Source: an uncultured Lachnospiraceae bacterium (GTDB taxonomy: Bacteria; Bacillota; Clostridia; Oscillospirales; CAG-272). Taken from it: a DNA stretch of 30,510 nucleotides. Positions 18,786 to 27,408 of this stretch are shown piece by piece; within the stretch, counting starts at the first letter, position 1; each line of letters opens with the position of its first letter. The translations under genes and the position numbers were made by a program. Where the stretch lies: assembly GCA_964559465.1 (NCBI GenBank), contig CAZLIB010000001.1, forward strand, positions 1-30,510, given 5' to 3'. Below the pieces are notes generated by a model that ran no database searches, was not told the DNA's origin, and saw only the letters and a list, made by a program, of their open reading frames with translations.

Positions 18786-19987
18786 CAATCGACCACCTCC
18801 GCTATATATACCGCAGATTGGTGCGGGCCAAGATTTCTTGCGATTACTATCTCGTTTTTACTGTAAATCACTTCATTCGTAGCAACGTCTGTCAGCTTAA
18901 GTCGCTTTTTGCTGGTAGAGCAAACACCCACATCCTCACAGTTGAAGTAGGTATCTACTGCCTTGCCATCCGAAAAGTTAAACATACCGATTGCAATCCT
19001 TCCGTCATCAAGAAGCTTTGCCAGCTTTACCATTCCGTCAGGGTAATTATCATAATAGGTATCCGAATCCACCGACCTCTTGTCGTTTTTCTTCATAATC
19101 GTGTTAATAAAGAACGGTTGGTTGGACTTCTTATCCTGATTGATTCTGATAAGGTCTTTATTTTTCAGTATTCTCTCAGCCACCTCGTCCATATTTCTGA
19201 TATCGCAGCCTATTATAAGGGGAGAGCTCAGAAAGCACCAAAACGCAAAATGTGTAAAATATTCGTCATGGGTACATCCGCCCGCATTGATATATTCCTT
19301 GTTTTCCTCGCCGACGATACGGTTGTTCATACCCACTATAAGCATATCCATATCGTTAAAGCAGCCTTGTCCGTTATACTCCAAAGCCTTGAGCTGTGAC
19401 AGTGCGAGGCTCTTTACCGACGGCCAGCTATCATTTATATCGCCCGTGGAGCGCCAGCTGTTAACACCAGTTTCCTTTATCCATACCTTCGAATCGTCTG
19501 CACCCCAGTTACAAGCGCTTAGCAAAATGTCTCTGCCGCAATTTGCAAGCGCCAGGCTCATTCTCTTGTAAAGTAAATGTCCCGGCACCGCAGTCGATTT
19601 GAAGCAATAATCATATTTAAGATAATCAACACCCCACTCCGCAAAGGTTTGAGCATCAATATACTCATGCTCGTAGCTTCCGGGATATTTTGCGCACGTT
19701 AAAGTTCCAACGCAAGAATAAATTCCGAATTTCAGACCCTTAGAGTGAATATAATCCGCCAAGTATTTCATACCGTGAGGAAATTTTTCGGGATTGGGAA
19801 CAAGCCTTCCTTCTCCATCCCTTTCTCTCATACTCCAACAATCGTCAATTACTATGTATTCATAACCCAGATCCTTCAAGCCTCTTTCAACCATTGCGTC
19901 AGCAGTTTGAATTATCAGCTCCTCATTAATTGCATTTGTAAAGGTATTCCAGGAATTCCAACCCATGGCAGGCAACATTTTATACAT
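18785..19987 (-). CDS. GH27 alpha-galactosidase (cytoplasmic)
   Basis: PAMGWNSWN, IDDCW, HSKGLKFGIY, DYLKYDYC (nucleophile), WRSTGDI (acid/base), NDMDML, INQD. Start at ATG 19987 after GGAGGG. Confidence 0.93.
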   Translation of the reverse strand: MYKMLPAMGWNSWNTFTNAINEELIIQTADAMVERGLKDLGYEYIVIDDCWSMRERDGEGRLVPNPEKFPHGMKYLADYIHSKGLKFGIYSCVGTLTCAKYPGSYEHEYIDAQTFAEWGVDYLKYDYCFKSTAVPGHLLYKRMSLALANCGRDILLSACNWGADDSKVWIKETGVNSWRSTGDINDSWPSVKSLALSQLKALEYNGQGCFNDMDMLIVGMNNRIVGEENKEYINAGGCTHDEYFTHFAFWCFLSSPLIIGCDIRNMDEVAERILKNKDLIRINQDKKSNQPFFINTIMKKNDKRSVDSDTYYDNYPDGMVKLAKLLDDGRIAIGMFNFSDGKAVDTYFNCEDVGVCSTSKKRLKLTDVATNEVIYSKNEIVIARNLGPHQSAVYIAEVVD

Positions 19988-20073
19988 ATTATTTCTCCCT
20001 CCTTTGTGAGCTTTGTACAAATTGATAAATAAAAGATGAAACTCCATCAAGTAATATTCATCAACTCACCTAC

Positions 20074-20120
20074 ATTATACCTCACAGTAGCACAAAACGC
20101 AAACATTAAAATTAATGTAA
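20074..20120 (-). promoter_or_regulatory. Sigma-A promoter of the GH27 operon with the same upstream palindromic site
   Basis: Minus strand TTGCGT (20102-20097), 17 nt, TATAAT (20079-20074); palindrome CATTAA-AA-TTAATG at 20104-20117. Confidence 0.7.
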
Positions 20121-20150
20121 CCTCGGGGCAAATCTATTTGAAAAAAACTA

Positions 20151-20179
20151 TTGATTATACTAAAAAAATATGGTATCGT
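20151..20179 (+). promoter_or_regulatory. Candidate promoter of the LacI gene
   Basis: TTGATT, 17 nt, TATCGT preceded by an extended TG. Confidence 0.45.
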
Positions 20180-20259
20180 AATCTTACAATATATATTATC
20201 TCAAGTGACAGCGCACTCAAATAAAGGGCTCGAAACCGCTATGAATAATGGAGGATAAA

Positions 20260-21249
20260 ATGGGAAAGAAGAATGTATCGTTAAAAACAATAGCGCACGA
20301 GTGCGGAGTTTCCATCAACACCGTTTCCCACGCACTCAGAGATATGAACGACATATCTCCGCAAACAAAGTCACGCATAAGAAACAAGGCAATAGAGCTC
20401 GGATATATGCCGAACCATATATCGATGAACGTTAAAGTCAACGAAAAGCCCTCGGTCGCATTTCTGATAAATTCGTTTGACAATTTATATTACAATCTCA
20501 TCTGTAAGGAGCTGACGGCAATATTTGAGAAAAACAAGGAGTTTGAATTTTCGCTTTTATATTCCTGCAACGAGGTATATTTGACTAAAAATGATATTAA
20601 GCATTGCATTCTGCAGAGAATCGATCTTATTATTTCTCATCTGCTGCCAAGTGAAGATGCCATTGAGCTTGCAATCTTAAATAATATCAATATAATAACC
20701 ATTGGCAGCATCGCCGAATCAAGCACATGCGACAATATTTCAATTGATAACAGAATGGGCTGTGTGCTTGCGGCAAAATATCTTTCAAATTTTCATACCA
20801 ATAATAAGTATATTTACGTTGGCATTGATTACTTCCTCTCTGAAAAAAGATTTGATATGTTCAAATCCGAGCTTATAAGCTCCGGCGATAATGATATTTT
20901 GTATTTCAATAGCGAAAAGGATGATATTGTTGCACTATATGGCTATATACAGCAGGGTTATCGCAGCATTTTCTTTTATAACGACGCTACAGCTTATAGA
21001 GTGCTTCACCGCCTTGACGAGCTTGCAATAGATATAAGGAGATTATATCCTGATCTGCATCTTATCGGCTTTGACGGACTGTGTACCTTGGTTTACGGCT
21101 TGCGCGAGATATCGTCTATCAAGATGAATTTTGAGGAATATGCAAACCAAACCTATCTGATTGTCAAAAACCGCCTTGAGAATCCCAATTCTCCGCCCAG
21201 ACGTGTCAATCTTCCCGTCTATATTTACCAACGCAAGAAAAAGGAATAA
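20260..21249 (+). CDS. LacI/GalR-family transcriptional regulator
   Basis: HTH SLKTIAHECGVSINTVSHAL, ELGYMPN, IDNRMG, YNDATA, IGFDG; start at 20260 after GGAGG; divergent from the CAZyme operon. Confidence 0.92.
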   Translation: MGKKNVSLKTIAHECGVSINTVSHALRDMNDISPQTKSRIRNKAIELGYMPNHISMNVKVNEKPSVAFLINSFDNLYYNLICKELTAIFEKNKEFEFSLLYSCNEVYLTKNDIKHCILQRIDLIISHLLPSEDAIELAILNNINIITIGSIAESSTCDNISIDNRMGCVLAAKYLSNFHTNNKYIYVGIDYFLSEKRFDMFKSELISSGDNDILYFNSEKDDIVALYGYIQQGYRSIFFYNDATAYRVLHRLDELAIDIRRLYPDLHLIGFDGLCTLVYGLREISSIKMNFEEYANQTYLIVKNRLENPNSPPRRVNLPVYIYQRKKKE

Positions 21250-21251
21250 TA

Positions 21252-21292
21252 AAAAAGCAGCAATCCCGCTTATGCCCAAATTGCTGCTTTTT
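21252..21292. terminator. Bidirectional intrinsic terminator between convergent genes
   Basis: AAAAAGCAGCAAT...ATTGCTGCTTTTT, with A/T tracts on both sides. Confidence 0.8.
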
Positions 21293-21347
21293 AATTTTTA
21301 TTTGATTTTTTATGATGCTTTAAGAGTTGTTTTACAAGCCATTTCAC

Positions 21348-23264
21348 TTATGAATTGTATTTGAGAATTCCACCGTCTAAGAGCTTTATATACAGTCCTC
21401 CCTGAACGGTCCTATTTCTGAACATAATGTGATGTCCCGAGACGGAGTCATACCAATCGGACATTGGAACTCTGTCGGGAGTGTCGTTATAAAACTGCCA
21501 GAGAGGAGAGATCATTTTTTCAAAGTCCTCTTTGTTCTCCATCATCGTTGCGCACCAAACGAGCCAGTCGGATTTTGTTTGGTCACATCTCGAATCAAGC
21601 GGTAAGCCGTACTTATTGATTCTTTTCAAATTACTTGTATTCTCACTTGCGTAGGTTTCCTCAGAGAATAAGTTTGTTCCCCAAAGCTTATCCCATATCA
21701 TATTGTATTTCATCGAGTATGTGTTATCTTTATCAAACGTAAGTCTAAATGCTCCACTTGTATTTTTTGCTCTTTCAGACCACGATTTTGCTTTTTCTCT
21801 CGCGATAGCTTCATACGCTTCTGCCTCAGAACGCTCTCCAAGCATATTCATAATAATTGACATTCCCATAATGCCAACAATTGCTTTGAGCGAAAGATTG
21901 CAATTATGAGCAAGATGGCCTGCAAAATCATCGGTACAAAGCTGATTCTCAGGATCATCACCATATTGTATAAGGTATTGAGCCCACGATTTAAGCATTT
22001 CGAGGTGCTTTTTGGAAAAATCTGCATTCCCGAGAACAATCGCAAGATTTGCTTCCATAATGATGATGTTTCCCGATTCTTCAACGGGCATTTGATCCTC
22101 ATGCTTAAGAACCTTTTTGTCTCTGTCGTAACCGTACACCTGCCCCAAAAGCAGCGGATATTGTCCAACGTCGTGAGGGGCAAAATCGAACGGCCACTTT
22201 TCGCTCTCGGCATATTTATAAATAGGACGAAGCATCCCATACAAAAGCTTAGGATTGTATCTTAAAAATAATGGCATTGAAGGATACGATATATCTACCG
22301 TAGCGGCACAGCCGTTTGAAAAGCACTCCTTTGATATAAAGATCTCATCTCCTTTATCATCCAAAACAAGCTTGTGCGCTGCCATAACCTGCCTGTATGC
22401 AAGAGAAAGAAGCTCAGCATACTTCTCCCCTCCCAGTTGATAAGATTCCGCATAAAGAGAGCTTGAAAAGCTATCGCATTTTTTCTTTAACTCTAAATAG
22501 TCATTTGATGCCTCTATCAACACGTCCTCAAGACTTTTATTGTCTTTTTTCCAATATGCCTTCAGCGGTGTTCCAAAATAGTTTATAGAATATATGTCGT
22601 CGTAAGCAAACATAAAGAGCTTTTCTTCATTCTCGTGTGCTTTTACCGTACAAGATGGGAATTCTCCGTTGCTCTGAATTAAAAATTCGTCAACCGTACC
22701 AGATCCAACACAAGCGCAATAAAAATATCCCCAATCGATTCTTATGTCGTCTCCGCTTTTATTAAGAGGCTCCTGAACAGAATTTCCAAAGCGATATCCA
22801 CAAAGTCCCTTGATATTCAGCTCTTCAAAAACCACCGGTGATTGATGCTGGCAATCGAGGCATATACTCTTTTCTGTCGCTATTCTGAACTCAACGTTTT
22901 TAACGTTGTCACTCTTTTTTTCGTAAGAAAGCGTTAGATATGAAATCGGCCTTGACAAATAGTACAAATCATCAGCCAAAAGCGTGGAAGTGAATACCGC
23001 GTTGACTTTAATAAGCTCATTTTCAAAGGTAAATTCGCTGCTGAGAGCAGAAATCTCCTTTTTCGTTTGTTCAATCTTTTTGAAATTTCTGTCATACCCA
23101 AGAAAATTGTATGCGACTCCGTCAACGATAACCATGCCCAATAGACTGTGCGGTGTTCCTGTCCAATGCTGCGTACACGAATAATTCAATTTATCTCCCG
23201 CAGACCAAATTGAAAAATAAGGGTCAACGGTTATCAGTGGAGTAGATGGGGGACGAAGCTTCAT
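21348..23264 (-). CDS. 'Glutaminase A' (GtaA)/DUF5127-DUF4965-DUF1793-like six-hairpin protein, probable glycosidase
   Basis: RPPSTPLITVDPYFSIWS, GDDIRIDWGY, SKECFSNGCAATVD, APHDVG.YP, MPVEESGN, NQLCTDDFAG, YSMKYN, TKSDW, MSDWY, R.VQGG. Start at 23264 after GGAAAGGA. Confidence 0.85.
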   Translation of the reverse strand: MKLRPPSTPLITVDPYFSIWSAGDKLNYSCTQHWTGTPHSLLGMVIVDGVAYNFLGYDRNFKKIEQTKKEISALSSEFTFENELIKVNAVFTSTLLADDLYYLSRPISYLTLSYEKKSDNVKNVEFRIATEKSICLDCQHQSPVVFEELNIKGLCGYRFGNSVQEPLNKSGDDIRIDWGYFYCACVGSGTVDEFLIQSNGEFPSCTVKAHENEEKLFMFAYDDIYSINYFGTPLKAYWKKDNKSLEDVLIEASNDYLELKKKCDSFSSSLYAESYQLGGEKYAELLSLAYRQVMAAHKLVLDDKGDEIFISKECFSNGCAATVDISYPSMPLFLRYNPKLLYGMLRPIYKYAESEKWPFDFAPHDVGQYPLLLGQVYGYDRDKKVLKHEDQMPVEESGNIIIMEANLAIVLGNADFSKKHLEMLKSWAQYLIQYGDDPENQLCTDDFAGHLAHNCNLSLKAIVGIMGMSIIMNMLGERSEAEAYEAIAREKAKSWSERAKNTSGAFRLTFDKDNTYSMKYNMIWDKLWGTNLFSEETYASENTSNLKRINKYGLPLDSRCDQTKSDWLVWCATMMENKEDFEKMISPLWQFYNDTPDRVPMSDWYDSVSGHHIMFRNRTVQGGLYIKLLDGGILKYNS

Positions 23265-23312
23265 ATTTTTTCCTTTCCGGGTATTTACCCTCAAAAACAT
23301 TCGTTTAAATCC

Positions 23313-23371
23313 AAACGTTTACTTAATTTGTTATTTAAATTGGTTTTACCACAACTTTATCGGTTTGTCAA
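23313..23371 (-). promoter_or_regulatory. Promoter of the DUF4965-like gene with a downstream AAACGTTT operator-like palindrome
   Basis: Minus strand TTGACA (23371-23366), 17 nt, TG-g-TAAAAC (23348-23343); AAACGTTT at 23313-23320. Confidence 0.55.
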
Positions 23372-23596
23372 GAGCTTTTTGAAAGTCAAATCAAACTCAG
23401 CGAATATGTATATCTCACCGTTGTTTTATGACCGTTTACAATGCGGTTTTCTCTTTCAAAGCTCGCGCTTCTTATGGGAGTCATCTTCTTAACCATCTGA
23501 CTGAACGAAAAATAAATATGAATGGAAAAATTTGTTTTATTTTGGCACAGGTTCCCTCCATAAATCCAAATTTGCACATTTTTCCATGCCGCCACG

Positions 23597-23634
23597 CAAA
23601 ACGAACCCCCGCGCAGAGCGCGGGGGCCGTTTTG
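23597..23634 (-). terminator. Strong GC-rich hairpin, probable terminator
   Basis: CAAAACG-aa-CCCCCGCGC-AGA-GCGCGGGGG-c-CGTTTTG; on the minus strand the stem is followed by TTCGTTTT. Confidence 0.65.
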
Positions 23635-23658
23635 GATTAGGATATTATATCAAAAGGT

Positions 23659-23709
23659 GCGGAAACGCTAAGGAGATTGACATTGTCATAATATATTAAG
23701 CGTTTCCGC
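23659..23709 (-). terminator. Inverted repeat just downstream of the surface-protein gene
   Basis: GCGGAAACGCT / AGCGTTTCCGC 11-bp stem with a long loop, followed by ACCTTTT on the minus strand. Confidence 0.5.
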
Positions 23710-23734
23710 GGAATAATGTCTGAAAATCAGCAGC

Positions 23735-26700
23735 TTAAACTACTCTTTTGCGCTTGATGATCCATACAAGAATAGCCACGTTTCCGCAAACTCCAAGAAC
23801 TGCGATGACCGCAACAACGATAACTGCAGTATTGAGCTTTTCGATTTTGCCGTCAAGCTCCTTCTTTGTATCGTTAAGATTCTGCTGAAGCTCATTAAGT
23901 GCTTCTCTCAAAGCATTATCTGCTGCATTGATCTTGTCTGTAAGCTCTTTTGAAATGTCCTTATCAGAGTCTGCCGCAATCTTCTTTGCTTCGTCGATTG
24001 CTTTGTTAAGGGATTCAATCGCTTCTGCAAGAGCTTCAGCGTTAGCCTTGTCAACAGATTCAAGCTTATCAATAGCCTCATTCAGATTTTTGATTGCCTT
24101 TTCGGCCTTGCTTACTCTGCTTCTCACGGAATCGATAAGAAGCTCGGCTGATGTGATTCTCGCCTCAAGCTCTACCTTAAGTGCCGCGTCAGCGTCTGTT
24201 GCAAATTTCTCCGCTGTCTGCTGAGCGAGCGCGATCGCATCATTGAGATTCTGAACTGCGTCTGCAAGCTCGGTCGCGTTCTTCGCGTCACCCGACTCGA
24301 TAAGACCCTTAAGCTCATCCTTCGCTTTTTCAAGTGCTGTATTCGCAGCAGTCATAGCTTCATTCTTCGCGTCTGCGATAGCGTCCTCAAGCTCTACCTT
24401 AAGTGCCGCGTCAGCATCAACGTAAGCATCCTTTACCTGCTCAAGCGCTTCGATCTTCGCACTGATCTCGTTCATCTTCTGCTCAACAACCGATGTGTCA
24501 GCTTTATCTTTTATCAATTCGTTAAGCGCGTTGATCTTTTCTTCAAGATCTGCGATCTCTCCTGTAACGTCGGGCATACCAACATCAAGAGTAATCGTCT
24601 TTGAACCACCCTTATAGTTTGCGGTTTCATCATAAGTAACGGTGATCGTAACTGTGTCCTGACCGATAACGAGATCATCGTCCACCTTAATAATACTTCC
24701 GCTAACGTGAGTAGCATTTGTGAAGCTCCAAACGGGAGTTCCCTCTGTGGAATTCACCGTAAGATTAAGAGCTATCTGATTGCCGGGAAGTACAGATGAG
24801 ATGGGAGAGGTAAGCTCGACAACAAGCTCAGCCTTATTGATAACGAGCGTTCTTGTAAACGTACCGCTGTAATTTCCCTTGCCTTCGATGGTTGCGGTAT
24901 ATGTAGCCGCGTTCACGAAGCCGTTCTGATCCCAAGTAACCGTATAATCGGTGTCACGAACAAGTCCTGCTACGGTTACGGTGGGAGCCTGCGCCTCGCC
25001 GTTATAGATCGCCTCGGTGATATCAATGGTGATGTCGCTGTCAACGAGAGGCTTTGGAGCGATCTGATAGGTCTTTGTTACCGTGCCCCCATAGTTGCCG
25101 ATACCCTTAACGGTTACGGTGTAGGTGTCTGCGTTTACAAAGCCCTCTTTATCCCAGGATACCGTATAATCGGTGTTAAGAATCAGTCCTTCCACGGTTA
25201 CAGTGGGGATCTGAGGCTCGCCGTTGTAGGTCACGCCCTCGGAAACGGTTATGTCTGTTACCGCGAGTGTTTTCGGTGTGATTTCAAAATTGCCAACTTC
25301 AAGGTCGGTTATCGCATTGTAGTTGTTGCCATCTGTTACGTCAACTCTAACCGTGTATACGCCGACGTATGTGGGGTCTGTAACAAGATCGCCGTTTTCG
25401 TCGTAATACTTAAATGTGATTACACCCATACCCACGATTCCGCTATTCGCGGATACGGTAATGCTTTGTGCTTCACCGTTATATATTTCAACACTTTTGG
25501 ACAACGCAAAATCGCTTGCCTTGGGATCTGCTTTCTTGATAGTGAAGCTCTGGCTTGCGGTCACGCCGCCAATGGAGATGCTTGCGGTGTAGCTTCCTAC
25601 ATTAACAGCTTGCCCGTTGCTAAGACTGCTGTCCCCATTTGCTGTATATGTGATCGTCCATATCTTGTTTTCAAATGTTCCGGTACTATTAACCGTTGCT
25701 TTATAAGCGGCTCCATCGTATGTGTCGCCGGATGCGGTGAGAGTAGCAACTCCTGTTGTACCGTCACAGACAGTACATTTGTCGGTAATTACATTTCCGT
25801 CGGCTATATAATTACCGCCGGTATGGTCTTCTGTGCCTATGCTTTCGCAGACAGTGCAGAGGAAGTTGTGCGTACTGTTTTCGTTGTCGGTGCCAGTGGT
25901 ATGCTCACTATCGGAGTGTGTACAGATAGCATTGAAGGACACAAGCTTTGATGCTTCCTTATAAGTTCCGTCAGCTGCCTTTCTCGCGGTGATTGTAAAC
26001 TCACCCGCGCCTTTCACACTTACGTTGCCGTTTTGGTCAACGGTGGCGATAGCTACGTCACTTGATTGCCAAAAATAAATTCCATCGCCTGAGCCGCCCG
26101 TGACAGTAAGCTTAAAGCTGTCACCGATATAAACAACAGAAGGAACGCCTGTAACGTACAGTGCACTCTGTTCCGTACCCTCGTCGCTTCTTACACTATA
26201 GTAGGATGTCTTATAGACCTCCTGATCCTTATACTGATCTATATACAATGCCTGCGACGAGGCTGAAACACCTTTGGTTGCCAAGCATGTAGAAACAGAC
26301 GAGATAGAAGCAGATTTGGTCCATATTCCAAAACTTTTGCCAATAGCGGTGATTACAGAATCAGCATATACTGATTTGAATGTTTCTGTCATGACTCTGA
26401 TACCGTAATTGCCTATCGCTGTCAGTTTTACATTGCCGGCAATAGTCAAATCGCCACTCAAAACATCAAGACCATAACTGGAGTCAGCAAGATCGCTACC
26501 TTTGGCGTAGATTACGGAATTTTTATTGATATCAGCAGTTTTTGCATTAATCCCCTTACTGTATCTAGCATATCCACCCACTGCATTCACAGTAGAATTG
26601 GTGATAGAAAGAGTGCCACCGGAGTAAATACCGTAATTATTTCTTTCGCCGTCAGCACAGGTCGCATTGACAGTCGCATTTTCAATAGTAACGTTACTTT

Positions 26701-27196
26701 CCATATATATGCCGGCACCCAATGATGTTGATGTACCGCCTGTGGTATTTACCGTTGCGTTCTCGATAAGAAGGGATGCGTAATAGCCATATATACCGAC
26801 ACTGAAATCATAACTTCCAGAGGTATCGCAGATTACTGTCAGTGTACCGGGGTTATTGGTATCTTGAGATGTGATGGTCAATGTGCTGGTATTGCCTGCA
26901 GTATAGTAAATACCATGCTGTCCGCCTTTAATGGTATTATTGCCGACCAGAACAATTTTTTCAACGTTGCCGGAAACGGTCAACATTCCCTCTAACGTAT
27001 AATTATTAAGTGTTAGGGTTTTCGTGCTTTTATCCCAAACCATAGTAGACGATCCGCTGCCCCAAGTCTGAGATTCGGTAGTGTAATCGATGGTTATGTC
27101 TGCCGCGCTTGCCGTAATCGATAATACGCCGATTATCATCACGAGCATTACAAGCGTTAAAAATATGCTCATTATTTTCATTGGTTTTGTTTTCAT
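23735..27196 (-). CDS. Large membrane-anchored surface protein/adhesin (beta-helix-like head, Big_2 and MBG-like Ig stalk, coiled coil, C-terminal TM)
   Basis: Signal peptide ending ASA-A; GIY...TIENATVNA repeats; WQSSDVAIATVDQNGNV; YNGE.Q.PTVTV...DYTV...GNY.G repeats; Ala/Glu/Lys heptads; TM followed by KRKR; AGGAG RBS. Confidence 0.85.
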   Translation of the reverse strand: MKTKPMKIMSIFLTLVMLVMIIGVLSITASAADITIDYTTESQTWGSGSSTMVWDKSTKTLTLNNYTLEGMLTVSGNVEKIVLVGNNTIKGGQHGIYYTAGNTSTLTITSQDTNNPGTLTVICDTSGSYDFSVGIYGYYASLLIENATVNTTGGTSTSLGAGIYMESNVTIENATVNATCADGERNNYGIYSGGTLSITNSTVNAVGGYARYSKGINAKTADINKNSVIYAKGSDLADSSYGLDVLSGDLTIAGNVKLTAIGNYGIRVMTETFKSVYADSVITAIGKSFGIWTKSASISSVSTCLATKGVSASSQALYIDQYKDQEVYKTSYYSVRSDEGTEQSALYVTGVPSVVYIGDSFKLTVTGGSGDGIYFWQSSDVAIATVDQNGNVSVKGAGEFTITARKAADGTYKEASKLVSFNAICTHSDSEHTTGTDNENSTHNFLCTVCESIGTEDHTGGNYIADGNVITDKCTVCDGTTGVATLTASGDTYDGAAYKATVNSTGTFENKIWTITYTANGDSSLSNGQAVNVGSYTASISIGGVTASQSFTIKKADPKASDFALSKSVEIYNGEAQSITVSANSGIVGMGVITFKYYDENGDLVTDPTYVGVYTVRVDVTDGNNYNAITDLEVGNFEITPKTLAVTDITVSEGVTYNGEPQIPTVTVEGLILNTDYTVSWDKEGFVNADTYTVTVKGIGNYGGTVTKTYQIAPKPLVDSDITIDITEAIYNGEAQAPTVTVAGLVRDTDYTVTWDQNGFVNAATYTATIEGKGNYSGTFTRTLVINKAELVVELTSPISSVLPGNQIALNLTVNSTEGTPVWSFTNATHVSGSIIKVDDDLVIGQDTVTITVTYDETANYKGGSKTITLDVGMPDVTGEIADLEEKINALNELIKDKADTSVVEQKMNEISAKIEALEQVKDAYVDADAALKVELEDAIADAKNEAMTAANTALEKAKDELKGLIESGDAKNATELADAVQNLNDAIALAQQTAEKFATDADAALKVELEARITSAELLIDSVRSRVSKAEKAIKNLNEAIDKLESVDKANAEALAEAIESLNKAIDEAKKIAADSDKDISKELTDKINAADNALREALNELQQNLNDTKKELDGKIEKLNTAVIVVAVIAVLGVCGNVAILVWIIKRKRVV
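24163..24415. repeat. 31-bp exact direct repeat in the coiled-coil region (ADAALKVELE x2)
   Basis: cctcaagctctaccttaagtgccgcgtcagc at 24163-24193 and 24385-24415, 222 bp apart. Confidence 0.9.
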
Positions 27197-27234
27197 TTTG
27201 TTAATCTCCTATTTACATTGAATATTGTACTGTT

Positions 27235-27351
27235 TTAAATCGGAAGTACCGTTATAATAGCCGCAACGGCGTCAAGTCCAATGTGAAGAAGTGCAGAAAG
27301 AGCAAGGAACATTGCTCCCGCAAATGCCAAAAAACCTGTAATCATTTTCAT
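27235..27351 (-). CDS. Unannotated 38-aa hydrophobic small protein
   Basis: AAAGGAG RBS then ATG 27351: MKMITGFLAFAGAMFLALSALLHIGLDAVAAIITVLPI*. Fills the gap between co-oriented genes; below the ORF-track cutoff. Confidence 0.62.
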   Translation of the reverse strand: MKMITGFLAFAGAMFLALSALLHIGLDAVAAIITVLPI

Positions 27352-27408
27352 AGTGGTTTCTCCTTTTTACATTTATAATATATTGCTTGCTTCGGTAATA
27401 AATGTGGG

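Noticed and set aside
18785..19987. GH27 as a beta-L-arabinopyranosidase
   Set aside because: It retains DDCW; the Asp-to-Glu change I associate with arabinopyranosidases is absent.
23386..23640. Short ORFs on both strands in the intergenic region
   Set aside because: No convincing RBS or motifs, and they overlap hairpins.
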